This document shows positions 49,944 through 62,758 of a stretch of DNA of 64,000 bases, one piece after another; position 1 is the stretch's first letter, and each line of letters begins with the position of its first letter. Position numbers and translations under genes: made by a program. Under the pieces are notes generated by a model that saw only the letters and a program-made list of their open reading frames with translations, was not told where the DNA came from and searched no databases. The stretch comes from Felis catus (taxonomy: Eukaryota), in the NCBI RefSeq assembly GCF_018350175.1, contig NC_058368.1:57600001-57664000 (forward strand), read 5' to 3'.

Positions 49944-51230
49944 AAGAATTCTGAGTTTTTCAAATAATTTCTTTTCTCACTGTTACAGTGACTTTCTTTA
50001 ACCATCGAGTTTTCAAAAACCTCCCAAATATCCTGTGATAATATATGAAATATTTTCTCTTCTTAAAGCAACATATACACAATTTTATCTATGCTGTATT
50101 AATTTTCTTAAGTCACAGGTATGTATAGATAACCATTGTAGGGAATAAATAACAATTAGGAGAGGTAGCTTACTATAATGATGGGAATCTGTTTTCTACT
50201 GTTTTAAATTTGTGTTTGTCTGTCTCATTTTATCACTGTGGCTCCCATTTTTATGCCCATAGAATAAAGGAAAAGAGGTGTTTTTTAATCATAAGTGATA
50301 GTGACGTTTCTTTATCGCCCCAGAGTTTTCTAACCTGACTATCCCTCTAATATGGCTAAAATAAAGCTGAAATATTTATTTTAGTACTTCAACTGGTATG
50401 ATCTAATTCATCTGATTTTGATATTAATAAATGTGACCGCTTCCTTTTTTTTTCCTTTTGTAATAATTGTTAACCACCTACCTACTTCTAATAACAGGAA
50501 ATCCACCTCTGTGATCATAAGTTATTGTACAATAATTCTTGGATTTACTGAAAAGGAGTAAACCATGTTTTTGTACACCAGGCAGACAGATCTTTAGGGT
50601 GCCATGACACTGGCATTGAAACTGGATCTGGCAAGTTCTGATTTGGTGTCTTCTGGTCTACTGCTTTCTTGCTGTTCTTGCATCTTTACGGGTCTACACC
50701 TATTATACTGACACCTCACAATCTGCCTCACAGTTTACCACCTTCGAATAGAAGTTGAATGACAGTTGACTGGGTCAAGAAAGCAAACAACAAGGTAACC
50801 CCAGGAGAATTAGACTATAGAAAACAATAAAAATGATAATAAATTAGAAAGGAACCTATGAAGGAATGTGGGATTGACACAACATATGACAAACTGCAGA
50901 GGAAATATTAGTTAACACTTCAGAATGTTTTCCTATCCCATTTGTTCCCTTTACTGACGAATATGACAAGTCCACCTCAGATAGTCTAATGTCCTTTCCC
51001 TTGAATCCACTATGCTCATTTTGTACATCAAAAAAATTCTTCCCATAGAAAGTCCTTTCCATCTCTACTACATCTATCTACACTTTCTTAGGTGTGCAGA
51101 AGCTTTAGAAAAGACTGTTCAATTAAAATTCTTAGAAAACATTAAATAGTACCATGGGTTGATAAAATTTAAAAAATATATATCAAAATTTATCCAATTT
51201 CACACAGTATATAAATATTCTGGTAGTTGA

Positions 51231-51447
51231 GGGGTGCTTGGTGACTCAGTCAGTTAAGCATCCGACTTCGGCTCAGGTCTTGATCTCATGGCTTGTGAGT
51301 TTGAGCTCTGTGTTGGGCTCTGTGCTGACAGCTCAGAGCCTGGAGTCTGCTTCAGATTCTGTGTCTCCCTCTCTCTCTGACTTTTCCCTGCTGGCGCTCT
51401 GTCTCTCTCTCTCTCTCAATAGTAAATGGATATAAATTTTTTTAAAA
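51231..51447 (+). mobile_element. Feliform SINE
   Basis: Near-TSD aaatattct(gg/at)tagttga. Confidence 0.95.
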
Positions 51448-51949
51448 AAATATTCTATTAGTTGAAAGAAAATGTAAAAGAAAGGAGAAGTGAGAAAAGC
51501 CAAATCTGTGCTCAAGGAATATATAATCTAGTAAGGAAGTAAGAAACACTTAAATATATTATAATAATTATATTTATGAGTGCCAGAATTAAAAGAACAA
51601 CAAAATAATATCACCACTCAAAAGAGAGGGAATTACTTCTGCTTGAATAATTATGAAATAATTCATTATCTGAAGTAGTTTATAAATTAAAAATTAATTT
51701 TTATATACCAGCACAAGTATTTTTTAATGAAGAAGAAACAAGTCATGTATCCAACAGTGTGCATTCCAAGGGCACACTGATAACATATATAATTGGTCTT
51801 GATCAAAAATGAAAAGCCAGATACACTACTTACGATAAATATAAAAGTATACCACTGACATACACAAGTATTTGTGGGAAACCAAAAATCTAAATTAATG
51901 AGAGATTAGAAATTTACCAAGAAGTGATAGCTTTATACAAGGTAGTCTT

Positions 51950-52164
51950 AATATAAGATTACCATTTATTAGCAACAGCTTCCAAAACAAAATACCACAG
52001 AGTGAATGGCTTTAACAGCTAAATTATTTTTTCAAAGTTCCAGACTCTGGAAGTCCTATATCAAGGTGTTACATTTCAGGTTGGATTTCTCTGGAGATCT
52101 CTCTCTTTGGCTTACAGATGACTACCCTCATGTTTAATCCATATTTGTATTCTCTCTCTCTCCC

Positions 52165-52204
<40 letters not shown>

Positions 52205-52209
52205 GTGTG

Positions 52210-52240
<31 letters not shown>

Positions 52241-52411
52241 ATGCTCTCCTAGTGTCTTATCATCTTTTTATATTGACACCAGTCCCATTAAATTAGGATC
52301 CCACCTTTGTGTCCTTACTTAAGTTTAATTATCTCTTTAAACATCCTGTCTCCAAATACAGTTACTTTGGAGATGATTTTGGGAGAAGGGGCACAATTCA
52401 ATCCCATAACA
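51950..52411 (-). mobile_element. MLT1A/B-type MaLR LTR with internal (CT)n(GT)n
   Basis: aacaaaataccacaga...gacaccagtc...tctccaaatacagt...cacaattcaatcccataaca. Confidence 0.85.
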
Positions 52412-52639
52412 TCTATTTTACAGATTAAAAAAAACAGTGGATGATATTATGTAGGAATGTAGACAGCAGAGTGAATGGAACTGATGAACCCAAGATTCGG
52501 TGGCAAAGTGAAAAGCAGAAAAAGAGAAGGGAGTCCAGAATCTCAAATAATTCCTATACTTCTGCTTGCATGGGTAGAAGAGCCATTAATATGAATTTTA
52601 ACATGTGACTAATTGTGAAAGAAGATGTATATACTATAA

Positions 52640-53235
52640 TGTTTCAAACAAAAAATGTTATATTCTTAAAACAAAAAGAACTAACCAAGAATATGTGGAC
52701 ACAAAGACTAGATCACTTCAGATCAACTACACATTCTTTTATGGAAATTTACTTAGCTATTAGTCTGGGAAATTTATTGGATGCCATACATCTGGATTTC
52801 AGAAAGGCACTTCACAAGGAGTAACATAATGTCTTGGGAACAAGAAGTCATTTTGGTGGAAGGCAGGGCATATGAATGGAGTCGTTAATGGTTGATCATG
52901 TTCAGAAAGAGCTACAATTACTGAAAAATCTGTGAAGAGAGAAAACAGATTCTAGTAGCATGCAACAGATGTTTTTGCCTCTGCTCTGTTTTACATTTTT
53001 ATCAATGAGTTAGCTGATTAAAATTGTAGACAACACAAAACTGGAAGTAATAGCTATTATATTGGATGACAGACATTAGATGCAAATAAGAAACAAAGAC
53101 CATCAGCTGTCCTATGAGAGTTACATCTGAAAAACAACACAATGTATTAAAGCAGATTTGTACAAAGTCACCTGAAATGCAGGCAAGGTCCAAGCCTTCA
53201 AAGACTGGTTGTAATTTGGCTAACGGCATTGTTTT
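52640..53235 (+). mobile_element. L3/CR1 LINE reverse-transcriptase remnant
   Basis: GNLLDAIHLDFRKALHK (cf. DVIYLDFSKAFDK), LFYIFINEL (cf. LFNIFINDL), KIVDNTKLE...DDR (cf. KFADDTKLGG...EDR). Confidence 0.82.
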
Positions 53236-53255
53236 ATTTCAAAACAGAATATGTC

Positions 53256-53778
53256 TTCTTTGTGTGTGATAAGAACTTTTAAAATTTATTCTTTTAGCAA
53301 ATTTTAAATATGCAATACAATATTATTGACTATAATCACCATGTTTATATCCTCATGACTTACTTGTTTTATAATGAAGTTTGTACGTCTGGATCTCCAT
53401 CCATTTTGCCTACCTCCAATCCACACCCCCTCCGTGGCAACCACCAATCTGTTCTCAGGTTGTATGAGATTTGTTTTGCTTGTTAATTTATTGCTTCAGA
53501 CTGCACATATAAGTGGTATCATATGGTATTTGTCTTTCTCTATCTGACTTATTTCACTTTGCATAAAATCTTCCAGGTAAATCCATGTGGCTACAAATAG
53601 TAAGCTATCATTTTTATGGCTGAGTAGTATTCCATTGTATAAGAAATTGTAATTTTGTATAGTGATAGATGGTAACTAAACTTACTGTGGTGATTATTTC
53701 TCAATGTATACAAATATTTAATCAATATGTTGTACACCTAAGACTAATATGTTATATGCAATTATAGTTTATTAAAAA
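53256..53778. mobile_element. 5'-inverted L1MA-type 3' end (minus 53256-53640, plus 53641-53778)
   Basis: Antisense 3' UTR followed by the sense terminal ~140 bp; the two parts are consecutive in the element. Confidence 0.82.
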
Positions 53779-54552
53779 GATAGGTCAAGTATGAAGTATC
53801 CATCATGAGAAAAAGAAGGGTCACTGAGGCAAACTCTGGATGCTACTATTCTAGCCCTGGTCAAGAGAGAAATAATCTTAGCTAATGGGTTTAAAATATT
53901 CATATTACATTAATAAAACTATTATTAATATTTTTATAAACATATTATGTTATCCTGATACCACCAAATATGAGATTCATCTGTTTGTCCTTATAAAATG
54001 CTCTCAAAACAACCTTCTGACTATGCTATTTTTTTCCATTATGGCTCTGCCTACAGGGAGAGAATAAGTCACTAATACCAAGTCAAAGATTCCCTTCCTT
54101 TTAAAAGTTATTTACTTTTTTGAATAAATTGTTGTTCTGCTTTTATAGATCAATTTTAAGAGCTTGATTAAGTTATTTCACAAGTGAGAGATCTATTATG
54201 GGTGTAATTATATAATCAGTTTTCTGACCCTGCCAATATGAGGGTCAGCCCCTCTTCCATGGTAAATTCATGAATACATGAGCACCATAATGAGACCCTC
54301 TTGAAGGACAGCCTCTGACCATTCCCAGAAGACACACCATTCAGCATAGAATTGCTATTTACCATTCAAAATCAGCATTTGCTCTAATTTTTAAATTCCA
54401 GCATATATTCAGAATCAGCTATAGAAAAACTAGTGATGGTAACCCACATCAACACACATGGAACAAGTTTAAAGATTCTGACAAGATGAGTAAGATAGAA
54501 AACACATAATATAAAAGAGAAAAAAATTGCTTTTAAGAACATTAGTAAAACT

Positions 54553-54776
54553 GGGGTGCCTGGGTGGCGCAGTGGGTTAAGCGTCCGACTTCAGCCAGGT
54601 CACGATCTCGCGGTCCAGGAGTTCGAGCCCCGCGTCAGGCTCTGGGCTGATGGCTCAGAGCCTGGAGCCTGTTTCCGATTCTGTGTCTCCCTCTCTCTGA
54701 CCCTCCCCCATTCATGCTCTGTCTCCCTCTGTCTCAAAAATAAATAAACGTTGAAAAAAAAAATTAAGAAAAAAAA
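54553..54776 (+). mobile_element. Young feline SINE (SINEC_Fc-type)
   Basis: Near-consensus; TSD aagaac(a/g)ttagtaaaa. Confidence 0.97.
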
Positions 54777-54939
54777 AAGAACGTTAGTAAAATTGATATA
54801 TACAGATAAAGGAATATAATAGACTTTATGTTGTTAATACCTGTATCATTGTATACAGTTCTGGTAAATATTTTTAAAAAGGAAGTAAATGAAATCCTGT
54901 TCAAAATGGAGCAGTTAGAATGGTAAGAGAAATTTAACA

Positions 54940-55700
54940 TACATGTTTAAAATATATTGCTATAAGAGATTAAATGCATGCAAAGTGTATAAGGAATAAA
55001 ACAATATACATGTGTATACGCATCACCATACTTAATTTACATTGCCAGCACTGCTGAAGTTCCTTCTCTATTTGCTTTACTCCATAATAGAAATTTCTAC
55101 TCAAATTTTATGCTTGTGATTCTGATTCATCTTCCATAACCTTACTCTGTACATATGCATTTATAAGGACACAATGATATTATTTTGTGTTTCTAAACTT
55201 TAGAGAAGTTGACCTCATGGTATGTAACTCAACAACTTATTTTATTCCAGGAAAAAATTATGTTTGTAAAATTCATAAGCATTAATAGCTGCTGTGTTAT
55301 CTTATTAATGTTCATTTCTGTGTAATATCTCATTATATGAACACGTAATGAAATGTGAATATAATGTTTTATTCTCTGCCAATGCATACATACATAGGTT
55401 CCACCCACACACACGCACGTTTTGTTTCCTATTACAGATGATACTACAAACATTTGTGTATGTGTATTCTGTGTGATTTAAGTTTCTCTAGTGTATACAC
55501 AGGAACAGAATGGCTGGCTCACAGGCTATATATATCTTTGATTTTACCACAAATAAATATGGTTACTGTTAGACATTCTCACCGACATTTGATATTGTAT
55601 TCTCTGTCACTGTAAGTATGAAAAAATATCTCATAGCTGTTTGAATTTGTAATTAAATGATTAATAATGGGGTTGAACATCTTAAAAATGTCTTTTATAA
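54940..55700 (-). mobile_element. Very old L1 (L1ME-like) 3' region
   Basis: tatgtttgtaaaattcat...gctgctgtg; aatgattaataatggggttgaacatc. Confidence 0.65.
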
Positions 55701-55704
55701 CTTT

Positions 55705-58700
55705 TGGGGAAGAAAGTGGAGTAGGAGGATTTTAATCTTACCTCTTCCCAATGATACAACTAGATAACAACCACATTAGTGTAACTAAACCATAAAATGA
55801 CCTGAAGACTGGTAGAACAGACTCCACAGCTAATTGTAGAGAGAAGGTCACATCAAAGAGATAAGAAGGTGGAAGTGTGGTCTGGAGCCACACAGACCTC
55901 TGAAACTGTTCATGGCAAGGAAGGATGTGGAGGCACCACACAAGAGAAGAGCAGACCCTTATGACAGGTACCTCAGGCACAAGGGACCCACCCAGAGAAG
56001 ACAAATCTGCATAATACTTGGCTTTGAAAACAGAAGGGTCTAATAATTAGTGGGGCTTAACACCCGGAACCTTAAAAACCAACAGGTTTGACTCTGGGAG
56101 ATCCAGAGGACAGAGTCCTCCCACCTTAGTGAGACAGCACAACAAATAGCCCAGTTGAGATATAGCATAGAAGCAGCAGTTGAAAAGGCCTGGAGTACAC
56201 CCAAAGCAGATTTTGTTTTACTAATTTCAGAGCTTGTGTTGGAGAGGCAGGGATCTTCATAGACATCTCCAAGAAGAAAAGAGCTGGCAGGCACCATTTC
56301 CCTCCCCAACCCCTAGCAGAGATGTACAGACAACTGCAGAAACTAGCACACCAACAATACTCTCCACTTTCCTTGCTAACAGTTCGCCCCATCCCTGCAA
56401 TCTTCATAGGATCCACCACCTTCAACACAGCAGGCTTCAACAGTTTTCCTAGGCAGCTGCAGGTCCCTTCCTTCAGTGGATGAGCAGAATTGCTGGCACC
56501 ACTTGCTCAGCCCCATGTTTCTCTTGTGGAATTGCCCCCTCAAATAAATCCTTAGCTGGAGCCCACCCAGAGTGGTGCCATAAGCCTGACAGTGTTCAAC
56601 CAGCCATGACAGAGGCCAGCACCACAACAAAGTGACTCATGCTCCAGAGAGAGGGGAGGAAAACCACACACATCAGTCCAATTGTGGCTCCAGCAGTGGA
56701 CTGGGAACAGACATTGGGTCTCACTACAGGCCTTGCCAATCAATGAAATCTTCTCAGGGGATAACACAGGAAAAGCACCATGCAGTTCAGTGTAACTGCA
56801 TCTCTGGCAAATGCCTGGTCTGATAGAACTCAAGCACCAGGCAGCCCCAGATTGTCCAACTAAGAACACAGAGACCAAATCCTGCTTATAACAGCCAAAG
56901 AGAAACATTGAAGATGATTTGGCTGAAAGCAAATGTAGCTCAGCCACAGGAGTAGCCCACATACAACGCACATAGCAAACACCCCTGAAGTGCCAGATTC
57001 TGATTAACAGGGAACATTACACTGCAGGATACTACAGCACCTTGTCTTCATAAGACCACTGCTTTCAAAAGCAGGAGTCAGCTTTCGAAACCTGAATTTC
57101 CTAACACATAGAAAGTTAGACAAAATGAGGAGACAGAAGAATATATCCCAAATGAAAGATGAGGACAAAGTCACAGCAGGAGAGCTAAAAGAAATGGAGA
57201 TATGTAATATTCCTGATAAAAGAATTTAAAGTAATTATCATAAAGATACTCACCAGACTTGAGAAAAGGCTGGAGAGTTTCAGTGAGACCCACAACAAAG
57301 AGATAAACAATTTAAAATAGGACCAATCACAGATGAAGAACTTAATAACTGAAATTAAAAATATGCTAGAATGAGTAAGTAGTAGACTAGAGGAAGCAGA
57401 AGAACATGGGGAGAATACTGGAGAATGGAGTATTGGAAAGAAATCAAACTGAACAAGAGAGAAAAAAAAAAGACTAAGGGAACTCAGTGAGACCATGAAG
57501 CATAATGGTCATAACATTTGTGTGATAGGGATCGCAGAAGGAGAAACGAGAGAAAGGGGGGGGGGTGCTGAAAATTTATTTGAAGAAATAAGAACTGAAA
57601 ATGTCCCAAATGTGGGGAAGGAAACTGAAGTCCAGATTCAGGAGGCACAGAGAGACTCCAACAAAAACAACCCAAAGAGGTCCACGCCAAAATACAGCAA
57701 GAGAAAAAAAATTAAATAAAAAGCACCAAAAGATAAGAAAGCAATTACATACAAAGGAAATCCCATAAGGCTATCAGTGGATTTTTCAACAGAAACTTTG
57801 CTGGCCAGAAGGGAGTGGCATAATACATTCAAAGTGCTGAAAGAAAAGAAAACAAAACAAAACAAAACAAAACCCTGCAACTAAGAATAATATATCTAGC
57901 AAGGCTATCATTCAGAATAGTATGAGATAAAAAAGGGAGACCCATCTATATGTTACCTACAAGAGACTCATTTCAGACGTAACACCACATGCACCTTAAA
58001 AGTGAAGGAATCGAAAAACACTTTCATGCAAATGGAAGTGAAAAGAAAACTGGGGTACCAATATTTATATCAGAAAAAATACTTTAATTATTTCAATGTT
58101 TATTCATTTTTGAGAGACAGAGAGACAGGGCATGAGTAGAGGAGGGGCAGAAAGAGAGGGAGACACAGAATCTGAAGCAGGCTCCAGGTTCTGAGCTCTC
58201 AGTGCAGAGGCCGACGTGGGGCTTGAACTCACTGACCATGAGAAGAAAAAGTATTTTAAAACAAAGACTATAACAAGAGACAAAGAAGGAAAAAGTATAA
58301 TCAAACCAACAGAAGATATAACAGTTGCAAATATTTATGTACCTAACATAGAAACACCCAAATAGACAAAGCAGTTAATAACAAATAAAAAGGAAGTAAT
58401 TCATAGCAATACAATAATATTAGGGTACTTTAACACCCTACTTACATCAATGGATAGATTGTCCAAACAGAAAATAAACAAGGAAACAGTGGATTTGAAT
58501 GATACATTGGATCAGATGGATCTAACAGATATATTCAGAACATTCCATCCTAAAACATCAGAATATGTATTGTTTCCAAGTGCACATGGAACATTCTCCA
58601 GAATGGATCACCCATTACGCCACAAAACGAGTCTCAACAAATTCAAAAATGATCAAAGTCATACCATGCATTTTTTCCAACTGCAACACTATGAAATTAG

Positions 58701-58714
58701 AAGTCAACCACAAG
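55705..58714 (+). mobile_element. Carnivore L1 5' portion: 5' UTR, disrupted ORF1 (from ATG 57125) and ORF2 endonuclease; 3' part missing
   Basis: ORF1 start MRRQKNISQMK; ITYKGNPIRLSVDFSTETL; EN motifs DPSICYLQETHFR and MDRLSKQKINKETVDLNDTLDQMDLTDIFRTFHPK. Stops and frameshifts throughout. Confidence 0.93.
58088..58243 (-). mobile_element. 5'-truncated feliform SINE in the L1 EN domain
   Basis: Near-TSD agaaaaaatactttaa / agaaaaagtattttaa. Confidence 0.9.
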
Positions 58715-58850
58715 AAATATCTGTGCTCAGTGAATTTGATGGGTAGACTTTAATGATTAAATTTCTATAAGAGTTATAAAACAATTTAAAGTCTTTATTT
58801 TTTATGCTGAGTATTATTAACTATTTATACTTTTCCAGAATATATTTTAT
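58715..58850 (+). repeat. Direct duplicate of 59861-~60037
   Basis: First 28 bp identical (aaatatctgtgctcagtgaatttgatgg), then a gapped match. Confidence 0.85.
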
Positions 58851-61800
58851 CTGAACCTCTGTATGAATTTTATAATTATCTCATCTAGTTCTCTGAAAAA
58901 AAAAAAACCTCATTACAATTTGTATATTTGAATATAATTGAGATGCTTAATATACTGAGTTTTTCTATTCATGAATATATCTCTATATTTATTTGAGTGT
59001 TCTTCAATGTCATTTAATACAATTACATTTTTCATAAATTTTATGCTTATCCTTTGTTAGATTTATTGCTAAATACCTTATTTTGTTTAATAACAACTAC
59101 TTATATATTTTCTGATTCTTGCTAGTTTATAATAAAAATTGATTTTGTGTTTTATTAATCATGTATCCAAGAAGCTTGGTAAAGTTCTATTTTTTTCTAT
59201 ATAGACCATTTTATAGTATTCAAATAGTGACTTTAGTTTGGATTATAATGGCTACAACTTTTAGGAGAATGTTGAATAGAAAATAATATAGAATGTTAGG
59301 TTTCATTTCTGGTTTTCTAAGATATACTTGAAATGTCACCATTAAATAAAAAAGTAAGTGTGTGCATACATTCTGAATTCACACATAGCATTAAAACCCA
59401 CAAATACTACACATGTTCTTTATCAGGTAAATGCATTATGTATCTATTGCTGGATTGTCAATAAGCCTTTTTAAAAATAATGGAATTAATTTAGATACAA
59501 TATCATAGTAACATGATCATATAGATTTTCTCTCTTATGCTATTATTTTGAACAATCACATGTGCAGGTTTATCATTATATTAATCGATTTTCTCCCATT
59601 ATGAGAATACATACATGGTCATAAAGAATAATTATTTTATATGGTTGTTTATTCAATTTGTTTGTGTTTAGGATTTTTATCTATGCATATAATTTATATC
59701 ATATGGTAAAATTTACCTCATATTCATTTTCTGATTTAAGTAACAAAATAAATTCTAGTTTCAAAAACACATTGTAAACTATTTACTTTTGTCTTATTTT
59801 CTGGAATAATCTAAAAATAATCAGCATTACCCAGTTTTTGAATGTCTGATAAACTCTTAAAAATATCTGTGCTCAGTGAATTTGATGGATGGATTTTAAA
59901 CTAATGATTAAATTTCTGTAAGAATCCCAAGAGAATTCAAGTTTCTATTTTTATCCTGAGTACTATTAGATATTATTTATATTGATATTATTAGATACTG
60001 AGTATTATTATTGTATTTTTCCAGAAGATGTTTTATTTTTCTTAGTTTTCAAATGTATCATTTGATTATATTTTAATATTTGTGTTATATAATATTTAGG
60101 GCCCTGTCACATTATTATTGTTACTAATATTAATTTGTCTCAGTATTTCATGACCAATATTGCTGATTTTTTGTATATTCAATTAGTTTTTTACCAAAAA
60201 TACAGTTTTTTATTATGTTTTAAATTTCTATTTTGTCTTCATGTTATACTACAATTAGTATCTTTAATTTTAAAATTACTCTTCTCCCCCATTCTGCATT
60301 TATTTTGCAAAATCAACAACAGACAACCTACTCTTTATGTTGAAATTAGGCCAATTACTTTTATTCTTTCTTAATTGTTAGTAAAGACCTCTTCATGACT
60401 GTAATCTCTTTCCTAATACAATATTTACCACATTTTATGTTGGTAATACTGTAAAATTTCTTACGCCTAGTGATTTTGAAGAATAACTGTAAAACTACTG
60501 CATATACTGCATTATAATCTTTCCTAAACATGTAAGAAATCATGTAATTTCTTCTTTGACTCACAAGCCCTTTAATAGTAAGTTTTTATATTTCTAGCAT
60601 TTGTTTCTCTTTTGCTGTAGTTACAATTATTGATTATCTATTTACATTGTGAGAAGATACAGTATTATTCTTTAAATTTTATTGAGCTTTATCTAGTAAG
60701 TAGTTAGTTCTTCTGGTTTCAACCTTTATAGCTTAAATGGATGTCCTCTACATGCTTTCTAAGCCAAGTTCTTTTCACTTGATTTTTCAATTCTTTTGTG
60801 TATTACTGGTTTTGTACCCCCTTAAACTCTAAATTACTTAGAGGTATATTTTTAAAATTTCTAGTAAGATTCTGACGATTAGAATTTCCATTTGTGTTAA
60901 CCAATTTCCACTTTGTATATATTTTAGATACAATTTTTATTAAAGTAAAACAAAGTATACATTTTATATGTACATACTTAAATAAATATTAAAATGTTAA
61001 TCATAAACATATATGGGAATAGAATATACCACTACCACAGAAACCTACTCACTCATTTTAGAAAGTAACCCTGTCCTGATTTCCATTATCAAAGATTATT
61101 TTTGTCTGCTTTATGAAAATCATACATTATACAATATTTTGTGTCTCAATATAAAATTATGTTTTTGAAACTCATCCATGAATGGTATACCAATAATATG
61201 TTCATTTTTTAATTCTGCATATTATTCCAACAGTAAAACAGATTGATATATAACCGTACACTTATCTATTCTTTTGTTGAGGACAACAGCTTTTGGTTTA
61301 TATGCACAATGCTGCTATAAACACACTTTTAAATGTTCTTTTGTGCACTTATAAATGCATTTCCATTGGGTTTCTCTTTTAGGTAGTTACTGAGCCATAG
61401 GTAATGAAAATGTTAAAATTTAATAAATAATGTCAATCAGCTTCTGAAAGTGATTCTCCAAATTACATTCCTATCAGTAATGCATGGAGATTCTCATTAT
61501 TCTCCATCTTCACTGACAGTTGACATCATCAATCTTTTAATTTCAACCCTTCTGATGGGTGATTTTTGACTTCGTGTAGTTTTTCTTTTTTCTTTCCCTA
61601 AAGATTAATGATGTTGAGCATTTTTCAAATATATATTAGCTTCTTAGATATTACTTTTAATTTTTCATTTATGATTCAAATTTTTCAATTTTTACTGATT
61701 TAAAGGAGCACTTGACATAGAATTGTTATAAAATTTTTATTGAGTAACTGTGCTACAAATAACTTATATTACTCTATGGCCTATTTCATGCTATTTTATG

Positions 61801-62130
61801 ATGCTCTAAGTAGTATCTTTGATGAATTAATATTCCAAATAACATTTTCTCCGGTGTCCCATACATTAGAAATTAAGTATCCTTATATTTGTGTTTTTAT
61901 TTCTGGAAACTAATCTGTATATGCTATATAAAACCATGCTAAATGGTGCATATACTTTTGAAATTATCATTTTATAATGAAAATTTGAAATGTTATTTTG
62001 ATAGTTTTATGTTATTTCTCAACTTCTATTGTTATAGGCCAGTGTCCTTTACAGCCAGTAATATTCTTCTCTGAAGGTATAACCAAATTGCTTGAAAAAC
62101 AAAAAAACATTTCTATGGTTTTAAAAAAAA
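58850..62130 (-). mobile_element. Very old L1 (L1ME-like) fragments, at least two elements
   Basis: T-rich antisense L1-like sequence; a second 3' end begins near 60930; aatgatgttgagcatttttc. Confidence 0.6.
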
Positions 62131-62134
62131 AATT

Positions 62135-62710
62135 TAACATTGTGATGCACCAACATAGGAAATCTAAATATATAAAGCGGATAGTTACAGACCTAAAAGG
62201 AGAAATAGACAGCAATACAATAATAACAAGAATTGTAAAGACCCTGCTTCCAATAGTGAATAGATCATCCAGACATAAAATCAATAAGAAAACATTGGAC
62301 TTAAAATATCTTTTGGACCAGTATACCTAAATACTTAGGTATTCACAGAACATTTCATCCAATAAAAGCCAAATGCACATTTTCTCAAGTGTACATGGAA
62401 CACATTCTGGGATAGATCAATTGTTAGGCCACAAAATAAGTCTGAATACATTTAAGAATAAAATCATATCAAGCCTCTCTTCAACCACAAAGGTAAGAAA
62501 CTAGAAACTAATTATAAGAAGAAAGCTGGAAATTTCACACATATGTGGAGATTAAATAGCATGTTACTGAACAACCAATGGGTCAAAGAAGAAATCAGAA
62601 AGATTTCAAAAAATAACTTGAGGCAAATAAAAATGCAAATACAACATATCAAAACTTATGATATGCAGCACAGCAGTTTTTAAATGCTTATTTCTTTTCA
62701 TTTGGGGGGG

Positions 62711-62758
<48 letters not shown>

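Noticed and set aside
50590..50700. Minus-strand mini-ORF MQEQQESSRPEDTKSELARSSFNASVMAP
   Set aside because: Only 29 codons, with no recognisable homology or convincing splice context.
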